Assembly (NCBI GenBank): GCA_964016885.1
Contig: OZ024740.1
Location: 255,874,001-255,938,000, forward strand
Length of the DNA stretch: 64,000 nt
Direction of reading: 5' to 3'
Source: Eledone cirrhosa
Taxonomy: Eukaryota
The notes under the pieces were generated by a model. The model made no database searches. It saw only the letters and a list, made by a program, of their open reading frames with translations, and was not told the DNA's origin. Positions 1 through 12,955 of this stretch are shown here, in pieces; within the stretch, counting starts at the first letter, position 1; the number at the start of each line of letters is the position of its first letter. A program made the translations under genes and the position numbers.

Positions 1-665
1 CCTGCTTCATCCAGCGTGGATATCCCCCCCCCCACACACATTGATTCAAGCTGCTCTCAATCACGCCCGTGAAACCGACCGTACCACAGCCCACTCACCT
101 CACCAGTACCCTCCCAACATTTCCCTCCTTCATTTCCCTCTCACCTAGCAACCCATCATTCTACCACTCCGGCGACATAGTCTCCGTTTCTTTTGCACCC
201 TCTCTTCTAACCCCGTCACTTCTCGTTTTTTCCTAACCCACCTCGCACCACATTTAAGCGCGCCCATAACCTCCGCGGCCTTCTGGCACGCAGTTCCTTC
301 TCATCCTCTCCTACGACTCCATCCAGCTCTCATCCTTGTTCTCGTCCCCGCTGTAACACTTGTCTTTTCATTTCTAGCCTAACCACTCTCACAGACCCCG
401 ACGGTCCATTCCGTATCCGCCACTCCTTCACCTGCACCTCCACCTACGCTGTCTATGCCTTCCAGTGTTCTTTTGCGGGTCCTTATTTATCGGACAAACG
501 GGACGCCGTTTGGCGGACCATTTTGCTGAACATTTGAGGGACATACGACTCCGTAGGGATACACCCATCACCCGTCACTTCCGTTCCCCAGGTCACTCCT
601 CCCTAGATGCCCCACAGGCCTCACGTACCAGGTCTGAACAGAGTCTGATTTACCACCTTGGGTAA
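1..665 (+). pseudogene. Penelope-like element 3' remnant (Cys knuckle and GIY-YIG endonuclease), frameshifted
   Basis: ORF 465-665 has FIGQTGRRLADHFAEHLRDIR (GIY-YIG IGxT...R..EH); upstream DNA encodes a CxxPRCxTC knuckle and HSFTCTS in other frames. Confidence 0.8.
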
Positions 666-880
666 ACTCCCCTCCCCAATTTGTTTAATATTACACATAT
701 ACAGACCAATAAAATACGCACACACACCTCTACTTTTCCATTCACAGCACTGTATATACACACACACACTCCATTTTATTGACATACTTTTGCTCATAGC
801 TTCGTACTTACAAGCACACTCACACTCTTTTACTTACATATACATACACCTATCCTCTTAGCTTCGTACGGCCGTATAAT

Positions 881-1005
<125 letters not shown>

Positions 1006-1089
1006 GCGCGTGCTTATGCACGCGCAAACGTATAGCTATATATACAATACGTTTTTTTTTCCATTTCAGGTAGAGGCGCTCCATCATCC

Positions 1090-1335
1090 ACTTTTCTAAA
1101 AAAGTATATCATATACAAAACAACAGTTTTCCAAGAAATGTCAACATGAATGAACCTGTTATTTCTCTCTAGTAACATTTTTTCCAATTCCACCCCTTCC
1201 CTTCAATCTTTCTAATATCTCATTCTTTCTTCTGATGAAGGACTAGCGTCCGAAACGTTAAGACCCTCTTTCTGTTATTTCAAGCGTTAACCTAATATAT
1301 TCCTTCCATATACTGTATTGGTGTTGTTATTTTTT
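1090..1335 (+). mobile_element. Short hammerhead-bearing repeat family (other copies about 6270-6650 and, degenerate, about 58080-58260)
   Basis: Shared block ctcattctttcttctgatgaaggactagcgtcc..aacgttaagaccctctt..tatttcaagcgttaacctaatatattcc. Confidence 0.75.
1228..1263 (+). ncRNA. Minimal type I hammerhead ribozyme
   Basis: TCTT-CTGATGA-A-GGAC(TAGC)GTCC-GAAA-C-GTT-AAGA; 4-bp stem I, loopless palindromic stem III (ACGT). Confidence 0.8.
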
Positions 1336-1521
1336 TAACCTTTTACACACGCACCACACACACACATATATATATATGTGTGTGCGTGTATATATATATA
1401 TATATATATATATGGGAGGAAACATAATAGTAACACTGATGATGTCACATGTGTGGTGAAAGAACTTTGATGGACTATATATTATATATATATATATTTC
1501 TATCTGTATTTTTAACTGGTG

Positions 1522-2088
1522 AGGGTTAAGATATATTCTCGAATCGAACGGAGAGTGGCAGAGAGTGGGAGAAAGAGAGTCTAAATATGTGATGAGAAAT
1601 GAGAGGGTTATATAGAAGAAGAATGAAAGAGGAGGAGAGGAGAAAATGGGGACCAAAACGATTGAGCAGGTCTTACGGAGAAACACGCAGAGATGGATAA
1701 AAAGATGTCGGACGTTCCCATTGCTCTCTTGTTCCTCTATGCTATCGTTTGAACGACAGAGATTTGATTTCTGTTGCGTGGGCAATACTTCTAGACTTAG
1801 TCCTTCCCTTTACGCGAAAAACTATGTATTAAAGTATTATGGGAAGCCGATGATTCAGATAACACTAAGTTTTTTTTTATTGTTACTCTATTCTCGCCCC
1901 CTTTCTATACATCTCTTCGTTTTTCTCCATAAATCCTGGTCCATCGTTTTCATACCCATTTTTCTCCTCTGCTCCTCTTCCCTTCTCCCTGTCTCTACAT
2001 ATAACACTCATTTCTCATCTCATTTTTTAGATTCTCTTTCTCCTTCTCTCTCCCACTCTCCGTTCGATTTGAGGTTATATCTTAACCC
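1522..2088. repeat. Diverged inverted repeat, arms about 1522-1704 and 1900-2088
   Basis: gggttaagatata..cgaatcgaacggagagtgg is the reverse complement of ccactctccgttcgatttg..tatatcttaaccc; similarity continues about 180 bp. Confidence 0.75.
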
Positions 2089-2196
2089 CACAAAATGTTT
2101 ACTATACAAATAGTATCCAGCTGTTCACGGCTACCCCTCGCGCTGGAGAATACTCCTGTTTCACGAATATATATATATATATAAATTAATAAAATA

Positions 2197-3663
2197 ATGA
2201 ATAAACAAAGAAACAGTTCCTTTCCCCACCTTAAAGGTGGTTTATATCGTGACGACTGTCTTCTTCTTTCCAATAAACTTAGCCTTTCAGAGATAGAAAA
2301 AAATAAAAAGCTTATTAGAACCTTCCTTAAAGACTATTATAGTCTAGATATTACATTTGAAAACACAAGTAAAGTAGTTAATTTCCTTGATATAACATTA
2401 GACTTATCTACGGGTATCTACCAACCTTACCATAAACCTAACCAAAATTTACATTACATACACTCACAATCTAATCACCCTAAATCTATCCTTAAAAACC
2501 TTGCATATAATATCTCACTTAGAATTTCTAATCTTTCGTCTAACCAGGATGTATTTGATAAAAATGCGACCTTCTATAACGAAGCTTTAGCTAGAAGTGG
2601 CCACAAAAATAAATTAGTATATATACCTTGTACCAACAACACTACAAACATAAAACCTAATATTACCAACAAACACCAAATGAAACATACACACCTAAAT
2701 GCCACTCACACTATACCCCAAAATACCAACATAAAACCAAATTTCTCTAACTCTTCTAATATACAATATAGTAACTCTCAAAAAACTACTCATCGTACTA
2801 CTCTAATAAATTTTAATAATAAAACTCCTAATAAACAAGCTAAAACACCTAAATCAATAAATCTAACTAAAAATGTGCGTGGTGAAGTCATTAACAATAA
2901 TTCTCTTAATAAACATCAGGATACATCCTATAAAAACAATAAACAACATCGAAACCGTAATAGACGAGTTACTTGGTATAATGCTCCATTTAATTTACAA
3001 ATTAAGGATAATATACCTAAAAAATGTTTTAATATCCTAGAGAAGAACTTCCCGCCAAACCACAAATACCATCAAATTTTAAATAGATCAACGGTTAAAT
3101 TCTCCTACTCAACAACCAAAAACATAAAACAAAATATAAGTGCCTACAATGCATATAAATGTAAAAAGACCATGAGTATACCACCAGTACATCAAACTAA
3201 CCATAATATCTCGTCTGATACAGGATTCACGAAAAGTTGTAACTGTAGAAACAAAGCAAACTGCCCATTAAAAGGAAATTGTCTTGTTAATAACATAGTA
3301 TATAAATGTAAAGTTAACACTAAGGACTCAATTTATTCATATATAGGAGCTACCTCTAACCAATTTAAGGTAAGATTTAATACCCACAAACATAATTTTA
3401 AAAATGCCGCATTAGCTAATACAATATCTCTAGCTGAAATAATTAATAATTATAGAAAGAGGAATATAGATTATGACCTGACCTGGAGTGTGCTCAAAAG
3501 GGCCACCCCTTATCAAAATAATAGATATGAATGTAGATTATGTTCCCAAGAACTTTTTGAAATAATGAAATCTAAGGATATCCTATTAAATAAGCGACAG
3601 GAATTAATAATATCGTGTAATCATAATCTGAGAAAAACCTTTAAATATTATAAACCTAATTAA
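2197..3663 (+). mobile_element. 5'-truncated Penelope-like element ORF (RT C-terminal half plus GIY-YIG)
   Basis: GLYRDD, VNFLDITLDL, YIHSQSNHP, VTWYNAPF, CNCR..CPLKGNCL, IVYKC..YIGAT..FKVRFNTH, CRLC..E..LLNKR. Confidence 0.93.
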
Positions 3664-3872
3664 TATACATTTTAGAAATTAATATAAAAACTATTTTTAA
3701 TTTAGTTAACCTATAATTAATATTCTACTACTGATGAACTACATAATTTTACTTTCCTTCTTACAACTATCTTTTCCTAAAATTGATACCATTAAGTAAA
3801 CATATATAATGTTTTAATTTCAGGTTATGATTCTATGTTCCTTGAAATCTCTATATATTTATTATTTCTCAC

Positions 3873-3921
<49 letters not shown>

Positions 3922-4182
3922 TTTTTATATTTTTTATTTCCCCTCGTCTTTAACAGCACTCTTCAATTACATCTAACTCTTATTTATCATATCTATATGC
4001 ATTAATATAATTTTATCAATATAAATATACCCATCAATTAAATTAATTTATATTCTTTTCATAGCTGTAAATTCCATATATATTTTTTTCACTAACACTT
4101 TTATCGTAAAATTTTAGTCTCCTTAGATATTTACATTGGCATTATTCTTTTATAACAGCAACTTTTCGTGTTACTTTTTACT

Positions 4183-4580
4183 GACCTGACCCCTAAAATA
4201 ACCTTTTCATTCTTCATACTCCTTCCATTCAAAACTGAGATCTGCCTTCTTCTACCCCTAAAATAAACTTCAATTACTACTATTTTACCATTTGGCCAAT
4301 TATTACCTTTCTATTGGTTAATTCAAAACCTGTTCCCAAACAGACCTACTATATTAAATCTTTGTTGTTTTATTCAATGAACAAATATAATTATTTCTGA
4401 GGTCAGCATATGACCTATTCTCATCCCTAAAATAATCTTTCATTCATAATATTCTTTCCATCCAAAACTGAAATCTACCTTCCTCTACCCATAAATTAAG
4501 GTTCTTTTACTACTATATTGCTATCTTGAGCTTCACTATCTTTCTATTGGTCAATTCAAAACCTGTTCCCAAACAGACCT

Positions 4581-4582
<2 letters not shown>
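4183..4582. repeat. Diverged tandem duplication (about 230-bp period) downstream of the Penelope-like ORF
   Basis: ccctaaaataa..caaaactga.atct.cctt..ttctattggt.aattcaaaacctgttcccaaacagaccta occurs twice. Confidence 0.75.
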
Positions 4583-4622
<40 letters not shown>

Positions 4623-4671
4623 CATGCGTTATGGTCCACCTGGTTCCTTACCACACTGTATATATATATAT

Positions 4672-5820
4672 CATCATCATAATCATCGTTTAACGTCAAT
4701 CTTCTACGTTAGCATGGGTTGGACGGTTTTGTCCCACTTCAGGCGGGATTGCTCAGGGGACCGTGTCACGCTCGTACAGAACTGTCTCTGGCAGGTTTTT
4801 TACGGCTGGATTCCCTTCCTAACACCAACCACATTTACAGTGTGGACTGGGACCCTTTTTACTGTGTCTCCTACACGACCACTTTACAGTGTGGACTGGG
4901 TGATTTTGTCGTGTCACCTACACGACCACTTTACAGTGGGCGGATATGAGAGGATGGAGTAGGGTGTATGTTAGGCTAAGAGGTGCTTACTGACTGTAGG
5001 TTTGTATGTAAGGGAAGGCGGGTCTTCTGTATAACTGCATGGTGCCAAAGATCACGATCCAGTGACATTGTCTTAGAGAGGTGTAAGTGAGCAAGGTCAG
5101 TTTTTATCACCTCATCCCAGGTTTTTCTTGGTCTACACATTCCGTAACTTCCATCAGTTTTGATCGATCTGCACTTTTATATACAGCTGTCGTCCTTCAT
5201 ATGCATCACATGTCCATACCAACGCAATCTCCTCTCCTACACACAACATTTGATACCTCTTATGCTTAGTCTCTTTCTCAATTTGTTTATGCTTCACCGT
5301 TCACGTACATTACTATTACACATCCATCGGAGCATGCAAACATTTCTTTCTAATCCACGCAATTCTTCTGCACACAACCCCCAGGTCTCACTACCATGTA
5401 ATATTGCCGTTGGTAAACATGCATCATACAATCTGCCTTTCATTTTTAGAGAAAAACTCCTTGTGGCCAACAGCGGTATTAGCTCTCTGAACCTTTTCCC
5501 ACCCCGTTCTGACTCTGGATACTGTACTTTCAGAACACTCTCCTCCACTGCTGATTTTATTACCCAGGTAACAGAAAGTGTCTACTATTTCTATTGATCC
5601 ACCTGGGCAGTTGAAGGAGATAGCATCCAGTGGGTCCTTGCTACTTACTGCACCTGAGCATCAGCCACATATAAAATCTACGTTCTTAGATAGCTTACCT
5701 GTGATCCCACTACGTATTTTATGTACCCATAGTTTGCATTTGGAGCATAGAATGGAATTTCTACCTACTCCCTTCTTACACACTGAGCATGGTGATTTCC
5801 CAGAGGGCAAATCGGGCACA
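4672..5820 (-). mobile_element. 5'-truncated RTE-clade non-LTR retrotransposon
   Basis: FRELIPLL..KGRLYDAC..ILHGSETW..MLRWMC (5294-5548); CSVCKKGVGRNSILCSKCKLWVHK finger; (GAT)n-like 3' tail at about 4672-4687. Confidence 0.85.
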
Positions 5821-6220
5821 CACAGATAGAACAAACAACCGACTAGTAACAAATGAATAAACACATAAATAAAAAAAATAAAAGCAAACACACCCACCCG
5901 GATGTAACGCGTGTGCAAACTAAGCACACAACACCCAATACACAAAAACAAGATGGTGTAGGACAGAACAAAGGAGAGACACAAAATAAAAACACAGTGA
6001 CTGAAGAGGTCACAGAATTTGTGACGAAAGAGCTTTGATAATATATAAACAACCTTCTGCTTATTGAACCAACCAACCAATTGGAAATTTATAATAAATT
6101 GATGTGAAAACCAACAGATGCGTGTGTTTTTATTGGCAGCATGACCCTCCCAAAGTATAACAATATGTTTCAACACACGTTTTCAGATAAGAAATTTTCC
6201 AAAACAAATTCAAAACGAAT

Positions 6221-6221
<1 letters not shown>
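5821..6221 (+). mobile_element. Penelope-like 3' terminal (pLTR) fragment, same family as 63660-64000
   Basis: caaaaacaagatggtgtaggacagaacaaaggagag shared with 63774-63809; ends in (TA)n. Confidence 0.85.
5997..6039 (+). ncRNA. Hammerhead motif, stem I partly decayed
   Basis: CTGAAGA-G-GTCACA(GAATT)TGTGAC-GAAA-GAGC-TT. Confidence 0.65.
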
Positions 6222-6265
<44 letters not shown>

Positions 6266-6529
6266 AAACCCGGAGTTTACCTGAACTTCCACCAGGAAAT
6301 CTTTCATATCACAGAAATGTTCTTTGCTTCTTCTCATCCGTCTTTTTTCAGCCCCACCCTAGTACCTTCAACATGCCCAATCTCAATTCTTTTCTCCGCC
6401 AGCTCCATTCCACTCTCTAACGCTTCCGACAACCCCTTCCCCCTATATGGACTTGTCATTTTTTACCTAACGACATCTTTTCCAATTCCAACCCACCCGT
6501 ACCTTCAATCTATCTTACTTCTCATTCTT

Positions 6530-6565
6530 TCTTCTGATGAAGGACTAGCGTCCAAAACGTTAAGA
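6530..6565 (+). ncRNA. Inactivated hammerhead copy (GAAA to AAAA)
   Basis: Same as 1228-1263 except G12 to A. Confidence 0.7.
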
Positions 6566-6665
6566 CCCTCTTCCTGCTATTTCAAGCGTTAACCTAATAT
6601 ATTCCTTCCTTATACTGTACCGATTGTTTGTTATTTCTGTTTACCTTTTTCATATATATATATAG

Positions 6666-7047
<382 letters not shown>

Positions 7048-7144
7048 ATGTTTTCAATTATATATATATGTATGTATATATACACACACACAAACATATA
7101 TATATAATTGAAAGGTATATATATATATATATATGTGTGTGTGT

Positions 7145-7180
<36 letters not shown>

Positions 7181-7599
7181 GCGTGTATATATACGTGTAT
7201 GTGTGTATATGTTTGTGTGTGTATGTATGTGTGTATTTGTGTGAATATATGTGTGTATGTATGTGTATATATGCGTGTGTATTTATATGTGTTTACTTCG
7301 TTTTGATATGTTTTTACTTGTTTGTTTACAGTTATTTACTGCAGGATGTAATTGTTATTGTTGTTATTCCTGTTACTGTTGTTGCCGATGATGTTGTTGT
7401 TAATGTTATTAACCTTACTTTTTTAGCTGGCCTTACTAGGTGTTGTTGTAGCTGTTGTTGTTACTGTTGTCACTGTTAAAGTTATTGTTGCAGTTGCTGT
7501 TTCATTTGCATGAGAGATGCATCAATGGGCGACTCATTCAGACGTAAAGATATCTCCTCTCTAACCGCCCTCTCTATCTTTGTATTACACACTCCCTCT

Positions 7600-8260
7600 C
7601 ACACGTGCTGTCTCTCTCGCTTTCTCTCACTCACACATTCACTTTCTCTGTCTGTCTTTCTCTCTGTCTCTCTCCGTGTCTCTCTCTGTATGTCTCTCTC
7701 TGTCTCTCTCTCTCTCTCTCTGTCTCTCTCACTCTCTTTTACGTCCCTCTCTCTAGCAATAACACTTTCTACAATTGTTGTTGTTATTACTGCTATTTTT
7801 GCTATTATTGCTATTGTTATTGTCGTTGTTCTTATGGCTGCTATTGACATTGTTGTTGATGTTGTTATTGTTATTGCTGTTTTTATTGTTGTTGTTGTTA
7901 CTGTTGCTATTGACATTGTTGTTGTTGTTGTTGTTATTGTTGTTGCTGTGTTTCATTTTTTTGTTGGTTATTTTCATTATTATTCTTTTGCTGTACTTTT
8001 ATTTTGCTATTTCAAATGTTGCGGTAGCTGTTGCTTTTACTGCTGTTGTTTCTGTTATTGTTGTACCGTTGTTATTGTCGATATCGTTGTTACTGTTGTT
8101 GATTTTGTTAATGTTGTTATTGTTTAGGTAATGTTGTTGTTATTGCTTTTATTGTTATTATTATTATTGGTGTTCTTTTATATTTATTTCATGTGAAACC
8201 TAAATATCATCCATTTATTTATCATCGCAACGATGGTGATGATGATGCTGATGCGATTGT
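7600..8260. repeat. Low-complexity (CT)n and (GTT/GCT/ATT)n tract
   Basis: Direct reading; source of the poly-V/L/N ORFs. Confidence 0.9.
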
Positions 8261-8446
8261 TACGGCTGATTTTCTTTGCCTTCTTTGTAAGACGTGTTTA
8301 TATCGATGTATGAATGTCGCCTTTATATAAACAATATATATATATACACACATATACATATAATTAAACGTATAAATATATACATATATGCACACACATC
8401 TCTCTCTCTCTCTCGTTCCCTCTCTCTCTCTCTTTCTCTCTCTCTA

Positions 8447-8537
<91 letters not shown>

Positions 8538-8572
8538 TGATAGATATGTGTGTGCATATATGTGTGTGTGTG

Positions 8573-8612
<40 letters not shown>

Positions 8613-9043
8613 GGAATGTCAGAGAAAAGGTGTGTGCCAAATATAAACAGTATGAATCCAGAGATGAAACTACTTCACTTCTCTATCTCAGCTCTGAGAA
8701 GACAGTAGTGAATCCAATATGGCTTCCTAAAGGTATCTTATCAGTAATAATTTGACAGGCTTTATACAAAGTCCTGCTGTTGTTGGTAGGTCTTTCACCG
8801 TAAATATAATATATATGTAGTTACATGTCACAAACAGGTAGTATGCTAGAAACATTGGAGTGTTGCATGTTGGGTAACTCAATCACAATGGGTGAAAATA
8901 CTTTTGTCTGTCAGTTCGTCTTTTGTTATGTGATTTTTTGTCATGCGTGCGCGCTAGCGTATGTCTCTTTGTGTGCGTTTGATTTGATATGTACGTGGGG
9001 AATTTACGCGCGCGCGCGCACACACAAACATATATATATATAC

Positions 9044-9074
<31 letters not shown>

Positions 9075-9302
9075 ACAGTTTCTAGATAAAAAGTCGAGTG
9101 ACAAGATAACAGATACATGAAGAAGAAATTTAAAAATAGGGAAGAGAGTAGAGAGAGCGAGAGAGAAGAAAGGGAAGAAAGAAAGAAAGAGATAGTGGTA
9201 GGGTACTTGTTTAGAAAGGACGGGAAAAAAAGGGGGGGAGAATGAAATGTGAAAAATATATTGAGTATGAAGAACAAGAAATGTGGGAAGAATGTATGTA
9301 TG

Positions 9303-9334
<32 letters not shown>

Positions 9335-9575
9335 TGTATGTATGTATGTATGTATGTATGTATGTATGTATGTATGTATGTATGTATGTATATGTGTGTG
9401 TCTGCATATAAGTTACAGTTGCATCGTTATCCACTTAGATTCCTGTATTATGTTACATCAGCCAATCAATTTTCTGTATTATATTCAGATATATTTTATT
9501 TTCTAGATAGAACCAGTTTAAAACTAGTTAGACCATTACTCAACAGAGTACTTGATACTTAGAGTAGTAGAGTAT

Positions 9576-9670
9576 GAGTCGAGACCCGACGGCTGAGTTC
9601 TTGTCGTGTCAACAGCTAGTTCCAGACTAGCTGTTGAAACAGCAAACGCTCAGGCTTCGGGTCCCGACTC
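9576..9670. repeat. Imperfect long hairpin, related to 32168-32290
   Basis: gagtcgagacccga..ctgag..tcaacagctagt(tccag)actagctgttga..ctcag..tcgggtcccgactc. Confidence 0.8.
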
Positions 9671-9671
9671 T

Positions 9672-9752
<81 letters not shown>

Positions 9753-9759
9753 ATGCATA

Positions 9760-9813
<54 letters not shown>

Positions 9814-9900
9814 GGAAAATTTGAACAGGAACAAGACAGAGAGGCAGTACAACGAATGTTTATTAATTTCACGCTCTTGAGAGTGAGGTGGTGGTGGGGA

Positions 9901-9932
9901 ACGACGTTTCGGGCATAAGCCCTTCTTCAGGT
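9901..9932 (-). ncRNA. Minimal hammerhead ribozyme
   Basis: Minus strand AC-CTGAAGA-A-GGGC(TTAT)GCCC-GAAA-C-GTC-GT; stem I only 2 bp. Confidence 0.7.
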
Positions 9933-11046
9933 GAAAAGTGTGTGGGAAGAGAGTTCAAAGGGTGTGTAGGGGAGTGGTGGACAGACATATAGCAAAAAGG
10001 GGGTGGGAGGAAACGGTGCAAATGAAATTAAAAATAAAAGCATGATCAAATTAAAATTAAAATTAAAATTAAAAGTAAAACAGGTGGTGGAACGGGTGTT
10101 GGGCGTGTAGGGGTGGTGGCGGGTGAGTGGGGAGAGGGAGACGGGGTGTCCGAGCGGGGAGGGCTGAAGGTGGTGTGTGTGTGTGTAGGTGTACGTGTGT
10201 GTGTGTGTGTATGTGAAAGCAAGGGTTGGGGGAAGAACGGGGTTGCATGTTCAGGAAGAGGTGTGTGTGGGGTGGGGTGTAGGTCGGAGTGTGTGTGCGT
10301 GTGTGGGTAGAGGGGTGGGGGGAGAGGAATCCGGAGTCTGGATGTGTAAATATGTGGTGGAACGCACGTGTGTGGTGTTTAAGCGTGTTGTGGGTGTAGG
10401 TGGCGTGTGGGAAAAAAACTTTTTTTGGGGTGTGTGTGTGGGTGAGTCATAAAGGTGATTCCGTAAGAAGATGTGGTGGAATGGTTAGTAAAATCTTAGG
10501 ATGGTGGTTGATTCCGCGGTCAAGGTCCACATACGTGTAATCCGTGAAGAGATTGGTCGGAAGAGGGGAGATGTGGGGTGCGCGCGCAACAGGTAGTGGT
10601 CAAGGCATTAGGAGTGCTGTGTGTCTGTGTGTGCGGGGAGGTGGTCAGAGGGTATAGCAGCAGTAGGGCGGAATGGTAAAGGGGAGAGGATGGGTAGGTG
10701 TGACAGTTGGAGTGAGGAGGGGGTGTGTGTGTATTAGTAGAGGTGTTAGTGGAATGAGTGAGTGTTTGAGAAAGGGTGTGGGTGGAGCGGGGAGAGAAGG
10801 TGTGGGGGTCGATGGAGGGAGTGTGGTGTACTGGTGTGTGTGTTGTTTGATGAAGGGGGTGTTAGTGGGTGTTAGTATACAGGAGGTGGAGAAAGAGTTG
10901 ATTGCGGGTGTGAGTGGGGGTCAGTGGTGGTAGGGTGTGTAGAGTTGGTGGTGTAAGAGGGTGTGTGTGTACGTGTGCGTGGGGTTGGGGGTGTTAGTGG
11001 TGTTAGTTGCGTGTAGGGTGGGTGGTGTAAGTGGGTGCATGTGTTC

Positions 11047-11076
<30 letters not shown>

Positions 11077-11085
<9 letters not shown>

Positions 11086-12076
11086 CATTATCGGAGAAAG
11101 CTTTTAGCGATACTCCGGCCAAATCCCAACTCACTCAACAAACATTAGGAAATAAGTGAATATATTCCTAATTAAACGTTCGGGGTGCTAACTAATTGTA
11201 TTGTGTGGAAAATTGGCTGTATTATTTCATATGAGATATATCGAATATATCTCTTCCCAGACGGACGTCTCGTTTCATTATAAGATTCCTACAATCTAGG
11301 TGAAATTATACCAATTTATGTAGAAGCTTGTATAAGATCAACAGATACTTATTCAAGTGGGCTCTTATAATTCTTCAGGGGGTGCCCAATAATACTAATA
11401 TTGATAATCAAATCAATATCAATATTTAACGATAATCACCATCAGTGCTTGAGGTAGCTGCCAGGTTGCTATTCTAGCAGTTCTAAAGAAATTCTCAAAC
11501 TGATTCAAAAATGAGGAAGTAGATTACCGCCCAAAAAACAATACATGCGCAGGACAATGAATTCTAAAAGGAATTCAGGCCACGTGCTAGAACTCAATTG
11601 GAATTTGAAAAATATCCATGTGTGTACATCGTTTGATGACAAACATAGATATTTTCTCGGGCAAAATAACAGAATGAGATACAAGAAACAATCAATATTC
11701 ATATATAAAAAAAAACAAAACAAAGAGAGTCAAACCTTATATCGGGAAGTTCATATCTGTTGCACCAAGAGTAAATAAATAAATACATTATCGGAGAAAG
11801 CTTTTAGCGATACTCCGGCCAAATCCCAACTCACTCAACAAACATTAGGAAATAAGTGAGTATATTCCTAATTAAACGTTCGGGGTGCTAACTATTGTAT
11901 TGCATGGAAAATTGGCTGTATTATTTCATATGAGATATATCGAATATATCTCTTCCCAGACGGACGTCTGGTTTCATTATAAGATTCCTACAATTTAGGT
12001 GAAATTATACCAATTTATGTAGAAGCTTGTATAAGATCAACAGATACTAATTCAAGTGGGCTCTTATAATTCTTCA
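11077..12076 (-). repeat. Non-coding tandem repeat, 700-bp period, about 1.4 copies, with a hammerhead-like motif (about 11255-11382)
   Basis: aaatacattatcggagaaag at 11081 and 11781; minus strand CTGAAGA-ATTATAAGA...TCTTATAAT-GAAA-stem III, but stem I and NUH unconvincing. Confidence 0.85.
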
Positions 12077-12149
12077 TATATATATATGAGTGGCGAAGCT
12101 AGAGTCTGTGTCAATTGATAAATGCAGTAACACCAACAAAAATATTACC

Positions 12150-12630
12150 GTCAATATTGAAGCCAGAGATAGAAATGTGGGCAATTTAAGAATAAAGAAG
12201 CCTTGTTCATACGTAGACACAACCCGCAAGTAAATAATGGATTAGAATTCAGCACACAATACTTAACATAACAAGACGCACCCACACGCACACAACCTAA
12301 ATAACATTTTACACAAAAAAGAAAATTGATTTCATGAAATATTACATCGGCAATTGACGTCATTCTCGTAAATAGCGAAATAACTATAAAAACTCCTGAA
12401 AACGATTTAAGAAATTTAAATCAAAATTTAATCCCGAAGAGAAGAAACCGGAACATTATTCTCTGAAAATTCCCTTAAACTCTGATGTAGGGAAATCTAA
12501 GTCCCGAAATATTAGGACGGAAGAAACAACTGCAACAATAAAAAAACAAAACAAATATTACCAGGTAACTGGTTACCTCATCTTACCGTCCATTTTGCAT
12601 TATTTAGCCTTATTACATATATCACTTTCC
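12150..12630 (+). mobile_element. Penelope-like 3' remnant with degenerate hammerhead (12479-12516)
   Basis: Manual translation LRIK/EALFIRRHNPQVNNG (GIY-YIG C-terminal E..I...P..N); CTGATGT-A-GGGA..TCCC-GAAA-TATT. Confidence 0.6.
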
Positions 12631-12671
12631 ACATTATATATTATATACAATGCTTCAAGCGAACTACATTT

Positions 12672-12811
<140 letters not shown>

Positions 12812-12916
12812 GCGCATATATATTTATTAAAATAACATTAAAGTTTAAGCAAAGAATCGCTGCTTTAACCCTTAACATGATTTTCTGAAACTAAAAAATC
12901 AATTTATTATTATTAC

Positions 12917-12955
<39 letters not shown>

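Noticed and set aside
3731-3850. CTGATGA downstream of a Penelope-like ORF
   Set aside because: No convincing stem II-GAAA-stem III partner found
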